64,000 nucleotides of DNA from Candidatus Micrarchaeota archaeon. Its GTDB lineage: Archaea > Micrarchaeota > Micrarchaeia > Anstonellales > Bilamarchaeaceae. This document shows, piece by piece, positions 28,806-36,138 of this stretch; the first letter of the stretch is position 1, and every line of letters begins with the position of its first letter. A program made the translations under genes and the position numbers. The stretch spans positions 608,001-672,000 of the forward strand of contig JBDRCX010000006.1 of the NCBI GenBank assembly GCA_043821365.1, written 5' to 3'. The notes under the pieces were generated by a model, which was not told where the DNA came from, made no database searches, and was given only the letters and a program-made list of their open reading frames with translations.

Positions 28806-29798
28806 TTGTCCTTACCTTACCACATTCGTATATATGCTTTTCTATACACACTTTCCTATGTGTCAGGTACTGTTCCATCATCAAGAGTAACAACAAGAAA
28901 TCGTGTTTTGGCAGCCACTGGTTTTGTTGCCATTACTGCTACAACCGCAGCAATTGTTGCTTTTGCACCTCATTGTTCAAAACATGAACAACCTCAGGTT
29001 TTATCAGTTGAAAAACCAAGAATCTGGTGTAAGTATGATCCTAGCTCAGAAGATCTAATGGTGTATCGCGAAACTCAAGGACAGAAAAAGGGAGCTGAAT
29101 TAGGAGAATCATCATTAGTTTCTTTACAAGGTCATCCTCTTGCAGTTGCTTGCCAAGATGAAAATATCTGGATTGTAACTAAAAAATCAGTTGTAAAAGG
29201 TAGTATCTTATCTGATCCAAATTGTTGTTCTGTTTCTCCAAACCAAGAAATTTCTCATGTTCGAGCTCCAGAATATAGTATGGAAGGTACTGAAGTTATT
29301 GCAGCAAGCACTTGGTTTCCCGTTGGAAATGCCAGACCTGCAGTTGCAACAGTAACAAATAATGGGTGGTTCCAAGTTTTTACTCCCCCAAATTCTGGTC
29401 CAGTTATAGAAGAGAATTTTATAATTAATCTTAGAACCAACAATGTATTGGACGAAATTACTCGTTGGCCTGACAATGTAACCAGTGCTGCAGTTGGTGT
29501 TCTTGGACATGATGCATTTTCGGTTATACCATTTGGTCCTGGTTCAAAACTTCTGTATTATCTTGGATGGCCTGGTGGGGGGTACAAACCTTTACTAGAT
29601 TTAGATATTTGGACAATAGATATACGTAGTAGTGTTCCAAATGCTGCTTACATATCTGGTTCATCACCAATCATTTACAATGCAGATCGTGGTGGTTGGG
29701 TTGCCATATTGAATGTGGTAACTACTGATGGCAAACAAGTTGAAATCCCGCAAGTTGTCATTCCAAGAGAAGTTCTTTTGCAAAAAACTACTCCATAG
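28806..29798 (+). CDS. Hypothetical membrane-anchored extracellular protein (possible beta-rich fold)
   Basis: Signal anchor RNRVLAATGFVAITATTAAIVAF. The real start is possibly the GTG at 28860, ~30 nt after a TATA-like TATATAT. Confidence 0.6.
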   Translation: MSLPYHIRIYAFLYTLSYVSGTVPSSRVTTRNRVLAATGFVAITATTAAIVAFAPHCSKHEQPQVLSVEKPRIWCKYDPSSEDLMVYRETQGQKKGAELGESSLVSLQGHPLAVACQDENIWIVTKKSVVKGSILSDPNCCSVSPNQEISHVRAPEYSMEGTEVIAASTWFPVGNARPAVATVTNNGWFQVFTPPNSGPVIEENFIINLRTNNVLDEITRWPDNVTSAAVGVLGHDAFSVIPFGPGSKLLYYLGWPGGGYKPLLDLDIWTIDIRSSVPNAAYISGSSPIIYNADRGGWVAILNVVTTDGKQVEIPQVVIPREVLLQKTTP

Positions 29799-30744
29799 TT
29801 AAATATGCTTCTTGATGAGTGACTACTGTTGCATTATTTTCGTATAGATATTTCATGAAGCTTTCTAATTGTTCTAAATCAGTACCATCAAATGTGTTGC
29901 TATGGAGTTGCAGTATGAATAATTCTGAATTCTCATATTTTTCTATCCATTCAGTGTAATCTGTGTGGGTAAAAATTCGTGAATACCAATCCCAGCTTTC
30001 AACAACATCATATCCTCGTGGTGTGATTAGGACATCCTCATCCCAATAGGGATTTGGAGCATTAGTATTTCCAATAACCTTGAATCCATTTTTTTTAACG
30101 TTTTCATATTGTGACGCATCCCAAAAATTCCCAGGTGGTAAATAGGTGAAAGTTTTCTGATTGAAAGTAGTATCAAGTTCATTTTTACCTTGGAATATAT
30201 TCAGATAGTTCTCTTCAAAACTAGGGCAATATTCTTGGTTCCTACAATGTGCATAACCATGCATAGCTATTTCGTGTCCTTCTCCCTTTTTTGATATTAG
30301 GTAATCCACTAGTTCTTTATCATCCCTCAAAGCAAGAATCTTCTGTTCATCTTCTATGAATATATATGGTGAAACACCAAGAGTTGCACTATAATTGTAC
30401 TTTTCTATAATGCTAAGTATATATTCAAATCTGTCTATGCTATAACCATAATTCTTGAAGCTGTTATTATGAAGGTTCCAAAAATCATGTATCTCAATAA
30501 TTACTATCTTTTTTGTAATTGCCGCCTTAGTTTCTGAATCTATTTGAAATAAAGTTCCTATTAACAAAAGTTGTATGATTACAAAAGCAATTATCAGAAT
30601 TTTAATATCTTTTTTTGTATTTGTTATTTTGATTTTATATTGTTTTTTCAATATTAATAATAGAAAAATAAAACCCACCAGAAGCATCAGAATTTTTATC
30701 TTTTGAGATACTCCAGGCATCATCTCATACAAAAATTCAAGCAT
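29788..30744 (-). CDS. Polysaccharide deacetylase family (DUF2334-like) membrane-anchored protein
   Basis: EIHD, GHEIAMHGYAH, TYLPPGN, LQLH; two N-terminal TMs. Confidence 0.75.
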   Translation of the reverse strand: MLEFLYEMMPGVSQKIKILMLLVGFIFLLLILKKQYKIKITNTKKDIKILIIAFVIIQLLLIGTLFQIDSETKAAITKKIVIIEIHDFWNLHNNSFKNYGYSIDRFEYILSIIEKYNYSATLGVSPYIFIEDEQKILALRDDKELVDYLISKKGEGHEIAMHGYAHCRNQEYCPSFEENYLNIFQGKNELDTTFNQKTFTYLPPGNFWDASQYENVKKNGFKVIGNTNAPNPYWDEDVLITPRGYDVVESWDWYSRIFTHTDYTEWIEKYENSELFILQLHSNTFDGTDLEQLESFMKYLYENNATVVTHQEAYLTME

Positions 30745-30859
30745 ATTATGTGAATTAATTATTCTATTTAATAAAGTTTTATATATCCGTTTTAATCAAG
30801 ACTGTTAAGCTGATACCGAACAAATACAATTTTAATCCCATCTTTACATTTACTACACC

Positions 30860-31390
30860 GTGTTACAACAAGGGTTAGTTTTATCTAAGCGTCAGCCAAC
30901 AGAAACCATCTCTAGAAAAAGGGCTGCTTTTAACTATTTCAAAGACAAAAGAGAATGGGTAAAGCTAAATAGTTCATTCTTGATTGGTGCTGGAGTTTCT
31001 TCTGGAATGATGCATGCTGCTTCGCAAATAGCAGAAAACCACGGAGTTAGTAGGGCTGTCGCAACAACTTTTGTAGCTGGTGTTACTGGTTATGTTTTTG
31101 GTACAATTGCCACCTGTTTAAGCTGGCTTGCACTTAATAAAGTTGAATATTCTGGAAAACTAACAAAAGTAGTGGAGGACACAATTAATCTATTGAAAAG
31201 CACAGTAATTGCTCAAACACTTACATGGAGTGTAAGCTGGCTTGCAACTGGGTTTGTTTTGTATAATGATGCAACTAATTTTTGGGCAACACTAACACAA
31301 CAATTTTTTGGAATCGTTTATTTACCAATTTTTAATTATTTGAATAAGGATATGGTAAATGGAATGCAAAATGAGAGAATGGAAAAATAA
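30860..31390 (+). CDS. Hypothetical membrane protein
   Basis: 176 aa with about 4 hydrophobic segments. Confidence 0.55.
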   Translation: MLQQGLVLSKRQPTETISRKRAAFNYFKDKREWVKLNSSFLIGAGVSSGMMHAASQIAENHGVSRAVATTFVAGVTGYVFGTIATCLSWLALNKVEYSGKLTKVVEDTINLLKSTVIAQTLTWSVSWLATGFVLYNDATNFWATLTQQFFGIVYLPIFNYLNKDMVNGMQNERMEK

Positions 31391-31432
31391 TTAGAGGTGG
31401 GTAAAGAATACTTTACCACAACCAAAAATTAT

Positions 31433-31633
31433 TTACTCGCTTTTAGCAGAGTCTTCTGTTTTTTCTACAGTTTCTTCTTTTTGTTCAGTTGTTTCTGTAG
31501 ACTCTTCTTTCTTTGGTTCTGTAGTCTCAGTCTTTTCTTCTGTAGTCTCTTTGTTTTCAGTAGACTCTTCTTTATTTTCTACAACTTCTTCTTTCTTTGG
31601 TTCTGTAGTTTCTGTTTTATTTTCTTCTGTCAT
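31433..31633 (-). CDS. Small acidic low-complexity protein
   Basis: GAGGTGA RBS before the ATG at 31633; repeated TETTEPKKEE. Confidence 0.55.
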   Translation of the reverse strand: MTEENKTETTEPKKEEVVENKEESTENKETTEEKTETTEPKKEESTETTEQKEETVEKTEDSAKSE

Positions 31634-31842
31634 AGTTTTCACCTCTTATTTTTAACATAAGTTAGTGTTGGAACTGAGTTCTCGTGATTTGCACATAATC
31701 TAATTAGAAAGATACTGCACTAATTTTATGAGAACAATTCAATTACTTTTTAGTACCTAGGTTTATTATGTGTTTGTTTTTTGATTGAAGAATATGTTCT
31801 ATGATCTTCTATCCCAAGTTTAACATAATCCTTCCCCCATTT

Positions 31843-32376
31843 TCAATCACTACAATTAATTTTTTCCTTAAAACGTTTTCTGTCCCTTTTTATCTGGGAT
31901 TTTAGTGCAAATCTTCCATATGGGGTTTCTTTGAATTTTGCACCTGCAACACTCCCCCTGTGAAAAACAATCACACCCCCATATAGTGATACAATTTTTG
32001 AAATTCGTTTAGCCCTATAATTAGTTTTTTCACTATTTCTTTTGATTCTATCATTTAGATTAATTGTTCGGCTTAATTTATTATTAACAACATGGATATC
32101 ACCAGTAGGTTGCCATTTGATTCCAAAAAATTCTTCCGCGGTTCGACAACTATAGTAAAATTCATGTGTACCAAGATAAGCAGCAATTGCTCTTGTCAAT
32201 ATCATCATTGGTTTGTCAATTGTTGTGGCCTTTCGTTCTTCGGACGTCGGAATATAATATATTTTCTTAAATGGGGTTGGAAACAAACTAAGGTTAATTG
32301 TCATTGTTTTTATTTTAGTAGAATCCAGGCCCTCATCGAGCAATGTCTTGTGTGTTACAACTTGCTTAGGCAGCAC
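31843..32376 (-). CDS. AbiEi-like antitoxin/transcriptional regulator (type IV TA)
   Basis: FYYSCRTAEEFFG resembles the AbiEi C-terminal Y.S..TA...G motif; overlaps the upstream AbiEii-like gene. Confidence 0.5.
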   Translation of the reverse strand: MLPKQVVTHKTLLDEGLDSTKIKTMTINLSLFPTPFKKIYYIPTSEERKATTIDKPMMILTRAIAAYLGTHEFYYSCRTAEEFFGIKWQPTGDIHVVNNKLSRTINLNDRIKRNSEKTNYRAKRISKIVSLYGGVIVFHRGSVAGAKFKETPYGRFALKSQIKRDRKRFKEKINCSD

Positions 32377-32971
32377 GGTTCAGCACCTCTTCAAAGTAAA
32401 CATAATCAGGTCCAGTCACCATACTTCTAAGTTCTTCGGTATTTTTTGGGTTCCCATACTTTTTTATCAGATCACTAGCGATTTTCTCACCACGCCCAAT
32501 TTTTTTCAGTATAAAAATTACGTCAAATAGATCTCTAGCTTCGAGCCTCCCAGCATAAGCTTCCAATTTCATATTTAACAGGTCTTCTATAGATGCGACC
32601 TTCATTTTTTGTTGTCCGATCTGAAATTCCTTATTTTTCTTAATATCTTTTTCCGGAGTAAAAATTTCAACTTTGACTGAACAATCTTCAAATTGGATAA
32701 CAAATTGGTTGAGATACGCAGTTCTTTGGGTTCTGTACCCTTTTTTAGAAAGCGCGCCTTTTAGCTTTTCTTTGATGATTTCATCATTTTGTGTTTTAGA
32801 AGGAACAAAATCTAGGTCAACACTGACTCTATGTTTTAGATAAAAAAGAGCTAATGCAGTTCCTCCAACTAAAATCAGTTCCCCTTGAGTGCATTCTGCT
32901 ACGTCTTCTATTGATTCTAGAATTCGATCGTATTTTTTCTGAAATACGTTTTCCATATGAAGATTATTCAA
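32366..32971 (-). CDS. AbiEii/AbiGii-family nucleotidyltransferase toxin
   Basis: LVGGTALALFYLKHRVSVDLDF, K..AY..R...RDLFD. The start may be the ATG at 32956. Confidence 0.88.
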   Translation of the reverse strand: MNNLHMENVFQKKYDRILESIEDVAECTQGELILVGGTALALFYLKHRVSVDLDFVPSKTQNDEIIKEKLKGALSKKGYRTQRTAYLNQFVIQFEDCSVKVEIFTPEKDIKKNKEFQIGQQKMKVASIEDLLNMKLEAYAGRLEARDLFDVIFILKKIGRGEKIASDLIKKYGNPKNTEELRSMVTGPDYVYFEEVLNRAA

Positions 32972-33045
32972 AAAACATTTATAAATATATGTTTTAATCT
33001 AGTTATGTAATTTCATAACCTAGCTAAAACAAAATCGACTGTAAT

Positions 33046-33073
33046 AAAAATGCTCCTGCTGGCATTCTATCTC
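33046..33073 (-). repeat. Degenerate copy of the tRNA-Glu 3' end (att-like site)
   Basis: aaaaatgctcctgc (14/14) and 22/28 overall identity to 34593-34620. Confidence 0.6.
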
Positions 33074-33160
33074 AATTTAGCCTCGTTTGCTAATCGTACA
33101 ACATCATGCGTTTTCTAGTAGGATTATTGCATAAGAAGTATGAATATCTTTTTGTAAATT

Positions 33161-33209
33161 TGTAGTGTTAAACCAATAACGATAATTTTAAAATACCTTT
33201 AACACTACA
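33161..33209. repeat. 49-bp site, copy 1: TGTAGTGTTAAA-N25-TTTAACACTACA
   Basis: Perfect 12-bp inverted arms, ending 8 nt before the Fic ATG; the spacer contains a TATA-like TTTTAAAA. Confidence 0.9.
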
Positions 33210-33217
33210 TTATCAGT

Positions 33218-34177
33218 ATGTACATAACCGTGAAATACATCAACGGCGGATACTATTACTATCTTGTGAAATCCGAGAGAATCAGCGGAAAGGTATATCA
33301 GACAATCCTACGATATCTTGGCAGCAAAGACGATGCAGAAGCTTATGCGACAAAACACAAGATGAAGATGCCTTCCACAAAGCCCGGAATGGAAAAATCC
33401 GATATTGCGCTGGACCGGCAGATAGAAGAAAAAAGAGCCAGGCTGAAAAAGATCCGGCCTTCAATCTCTCCGGTTCTACAAAAAAAACTAGATGAAGACG
33501 AAGCCATATTGTGGACCTACAACTCAACTAAAATAGAGGGCAGTTCCCTTTCGCTGCCAGAAACTAGCGAATTACTGAAACATGACATATCTGCCGCAGG
33601 AAAACCTTTGAAAGACCATGCCGCGGTCAAAGACCATAAAATCGCGATCGATCTTGTCAGGGAGCTTGCAAAGAGCAAAACACCCTTGACCGAAAGCGAG
33701 ATATTTTCCATCCACAGAGCCGTGCTTCATGCAGAAGTCGGAATACATGTCGGAAGGTACCGAGAAGTCCCTGTTTACATTACGAACTCAAAATTTGTCC
33801 CGCCTCCTCCGGATCAGGTTCCACGTATGATGCAGGATCTCATAAAGCAAGTGAATAAAAACCCAGAAAAACTCAGCCCAATAGCTCTTGCTGCAGTTGC
33901 CCACCATAGTTTTGAAACCATACATCCATTCGAAGACGGAAATGGAAGGACCGGGCGGTTACTTTCCAACCTCATTCTGATGAGGAACGGGTATCTCCCT
34001 GTAATCATCGAAAACAGGGAACGAAAAAGGTATTTCCTACTACTGGATGAAATACGAAGGACTCACGATTACGGAAAAATAATACTCTTTTTCAAAAAGA
34101 AAGTGGATAAGTCATTTTCGTTCTATCTGAAATATTCCGATCCGAAATATGAAGAATGGAAAAAGGATAATTTGTAG
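33218..34177 (+). CDS. Fic-family protein (class II, probable AMPylase) with an N-terminal beta-sheet domain
   Basis: Canonical HPFEDGNGRTGR motif and inhibitory STKIEG helix. Codon usage is visibly more GC-rich than the flanking genes. Confidence 0.93.
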   Translation: MYITVKYINGGYYYYLVKSERISGKVYQTILRYLGSKDDAEAYATKHKMKMPSTKPGMEKSDIALDRQIEEKRARLKKIRPSISPVLQKKLDEDEAILWTYNSTKIEGSSLSLPETSELLKHDISAAGKPLKDHAAVKDHKIAIDLVRELAKSKTPLTESEIFSIHRAVLHAEVGIHVGRYREVPVYITNSKFVPPPPDQVPRMMQDLIKQVNKNPEKLSPIALAAVAHHSFETIHPFEDGNGRTGRLLSNLILMRNGYLPVIIENRERKRYFLLLDEIRRTHDYGKIILFFKKKVDKSFSFYLKYSDPKYEEWKKDNL

Positions 34178-34221
34178 TGTTAAACCCAACTGCCAATTTA
34201 CCGATCAGATTTAACACTACA
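34173..34221. repeat. 49-bp site, copy 2: TGTAGTGTTAAA-N25-TTTAACACTACA
   Basis: Same arms and same spacer length as 33161-33209; contains the Fic TAG stop. Confidence 0.9.
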
Positions 34222-34520
34222 CTATTTGCAGGCCATCATAAAATTCATCAGTCATTGATGGATGAATTAGTCAAACACTGTCTGACCTATTTGAATATTG
34301 GAGACACTGTCTCCAAAATTAGTTGTCAAAGTTATACCCACAAACTCGAAAGGTAAATGTGGGGATAACTAGTTTGAATATAAATTTTCCTACAACCTGT
34401 TGCATAGGTCCCAATAAGACTTATCAGCTATCGTCTGATGAATTATTCCTTTTCTTTAGTCCCGCGATATTAATTCTGACCGTAAGATCTCCACTGAGGC
34501 ATGTATTTTGATAGTTTCTC

Positions 34521-34581
34521 CGACCGATAAATCGACGAATCGATTTATGGCCCATTGATCGTTGCGACGACCAATCGGACG
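34521..34581. mobile_element. Twin-hairpin REP/MITE-like palindromic element (copy 2, opposite orientation)
   Basis: Reverse complement is CGTCCGAT-TGGTCGT(CGCA)ACGATCA-ATGGGCC-ATAAATCGA(TTCG)TCGATTTAT-CGGTCG. Confidence 0.6.
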
Positions 34582-34597
34582 TGAAAAAGTAGAAAAA

Positions 34598-34850
34598 TGC
34601 TCCTGCCGGGATTTGAACCCGGGTCCTCAGAGTTCTCTCGCGCTTTTTTAGGAAAACATCAGAGAACGGAATTCTCTGTGCCCCATAAAAACGAGGAATC
34701 GTTTTTATAGGGAAGCGCCCAAAAAACCGTGAACAGCAAACCCGCTCAGAAAGCTGGTTTGAAATTAACGAATTTTTTTGATCGACCTTTTTTTGTAAAA
34801 AAAGGTCGGATGAGAGTCTGATATCCTTGACCGGTCTAGACTACAGGAGC
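34598..34850 (-). tRNA. tRNA-Glu(CTC) with a 178-nt canonical 37/38 intron (exons 34811-34850 and 34598-34632)
   Basis: Acceptor stem GCTCCTG/CAGGAGC, anticodon stem TCAGA/TCTGA, loop CT-CTC-A|C, T arm CCGGG-TTCAAAT-CCCGG. Central splice helix CTCT/AGAG with 3-nt bulges; mature length 75 nt. Confidence 0.92.
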
Positions 34851-34932
34851 GAACTTCTGTCTATTGTTAAAATAAGACAGGAGCTGACCTTTCAAGTTCA
34901 TGATAAATAGAATTTAAAAAAGAAAAGGAAAA

Positions 34933-35211
34933 TTAGTCAGAGCCAATAATCTCCCCTTGGCTTATCCAATCCTCATCAAACTCCTCACTCAAGTCGATAT
35001 CTTCTAACGTTAAGGTAAAATTACCGACTTCTTCTTGAGAAAGGACTGGTTCTACTGGTTCGTTCTGAACCGAGGTTTGGTTGTCACCAATTTGGATATT
35101 ATTGGATGGCTGAGTTGGTACATTTACTTGTGGAGCCCCCTGATTCCTGCTCATGGCAAAGCAGCCTATTAGCAGGATACCAAGAACCAAGAAAACCAAC
35201 AAACGCATCAT
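34933..35211 (-). CDS. Small putative lipoprotein
   Basis: MMRLLVFLVLGILLIGC lipobox-like signal, acidic C-terminus. Confidence 0.6.
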   Translation of the reverse strand: MMRLLVFLVLGILLIGCFAMSRNQGAPQVNVPTQPSNNIQIGDNQTSVQNEPVEPVLSQEEVGNFTLTLEDIDLSEEFDEDWISQGEIIGSD

Positions 35212-36056
35212 CTCAACTCCCTCATTATATCCTTAAGTGCTTCTGCAGCATCCTGTAGGGGTTCCCAGACAGCATCATATTCACCTTCTGCGTAAACATT
35301 ACCTCCAACTGATGCCAATGCATTATCAACATCATCTAGATAATCATTTACTTCAGAGAAATTTGAAGTGAGATTTTCTGCTCCTGGCATTTCCTTTAGG
35401 TAGTCAGTTATGGCTCTTAATTTTACAACATCAAACCTTGCAGCAAAATGGTAGTTCTCACCAAAGTAGCACCCATTGTACATACAGTAGTTTGTTTCAC
35501 CAGACTTTAATGGATCAAGTATTTCAGATTCTGCATCTTCAACAACTTCCTCCATGTCTGTGGTATCAATGCCTTTTCCTGCAAGATCATCTATTCTTAG
35601 CTTTGCATTTGCTAAAATAGTGGTGTAGCTGTTTATCTTTGCCTCTCTATAGGAATCTATGGCAGTTGACACACAATCAGTATAGTCTTGGAAAAACTCC
35701 CAGTACTGTGAATTCAATGCTAGTTTTTCTTGAAATGTCAAATTTTCCCTATATTCTGTTACTGCATCTTTAGCTTCTTTTAATGCAGCATCAAAATCTG
35801 CAACATCATCACCGAATCCTGTTAGGTCGTCAATGGTGTATTCATTGAGTGTGTCCATAGCATCCTCAATGTTATCTGCATATTCATCAAGAGAGCTGTC
35901 TTCATGCGAACCTATTATATCTACATAAAAGTCAGCTTTGCACTCAGCATAGTCTTGTGCAGCACTTAATCCTTCCCCTGTGAATACTGTTCCATATCCA
36001 CTTGCTGCAGTTACAAAAGGAACCAGCAGCAACATCAACACATATTTCAAATCCAT
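35208..36056 (-). CDS. Secreted, acidic, helical hypothetical protein
   Basis: Signal peptide MDLKYVLMLLLVPFVTAA; ATGA-type overlap with the next gene. Confidence 0.65.
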   Translation of the reverse strand: MDLKYVLMLLLVPFVTAASGYGTVFTGEGLSAAQDYAECKADFYVDIIGSHEDSSLDEYADNIEDAMDTLNEYTIDDLTGFGDDVADFDAALKEAKDAVTEYRENLTFQEKLALNSQYWEFFQDYTDCVSTAIDSYREAKINSYTTILANAKLRIDDLAGKGIDTTDMEEVVEDAESEILDPLKSGETNYCMYNGCYFGENYHFAARFDVVKLRAITDYLKEMPGAENLTSNFSEVNDYLDDVDNALASVGGNVYAEGEYDAVWEPLQDAAEALKDIMRELR

Positions 36057-36138
36057 TCCATCACCTTTCGATAAAAAAACTTTCCTGGAACGCTATTTAT
36101 ATTTAACCTGAAACAAATGGAACAACTATCGACTGAGA

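Noticed and set aside
33070-33135. HEPN-like remnant (KTHDVVRLA on the minus strand)
   Set aside because: Only about 15 codons preceded by a stop; too short to support.
33161-34221. Integron attC or Xer dif identity for the 49-bp sites
   Set aside because: GTTAAAC and TTTAAC are present but in the reverse order to attC (RYYYAAC...GTTRRRY) and there are no inner L boxes; the 25-bp spacer is far longer than the 6-bp dif spacer; no integrase is visible; no target-site duplication was found.
34633-34810. Box C/D guide RNA inside the tRNA intron
   Set aside because: Two CTGA tetramers occur on the transcribed strand but there is no RTGATGA box C in a suitable position.
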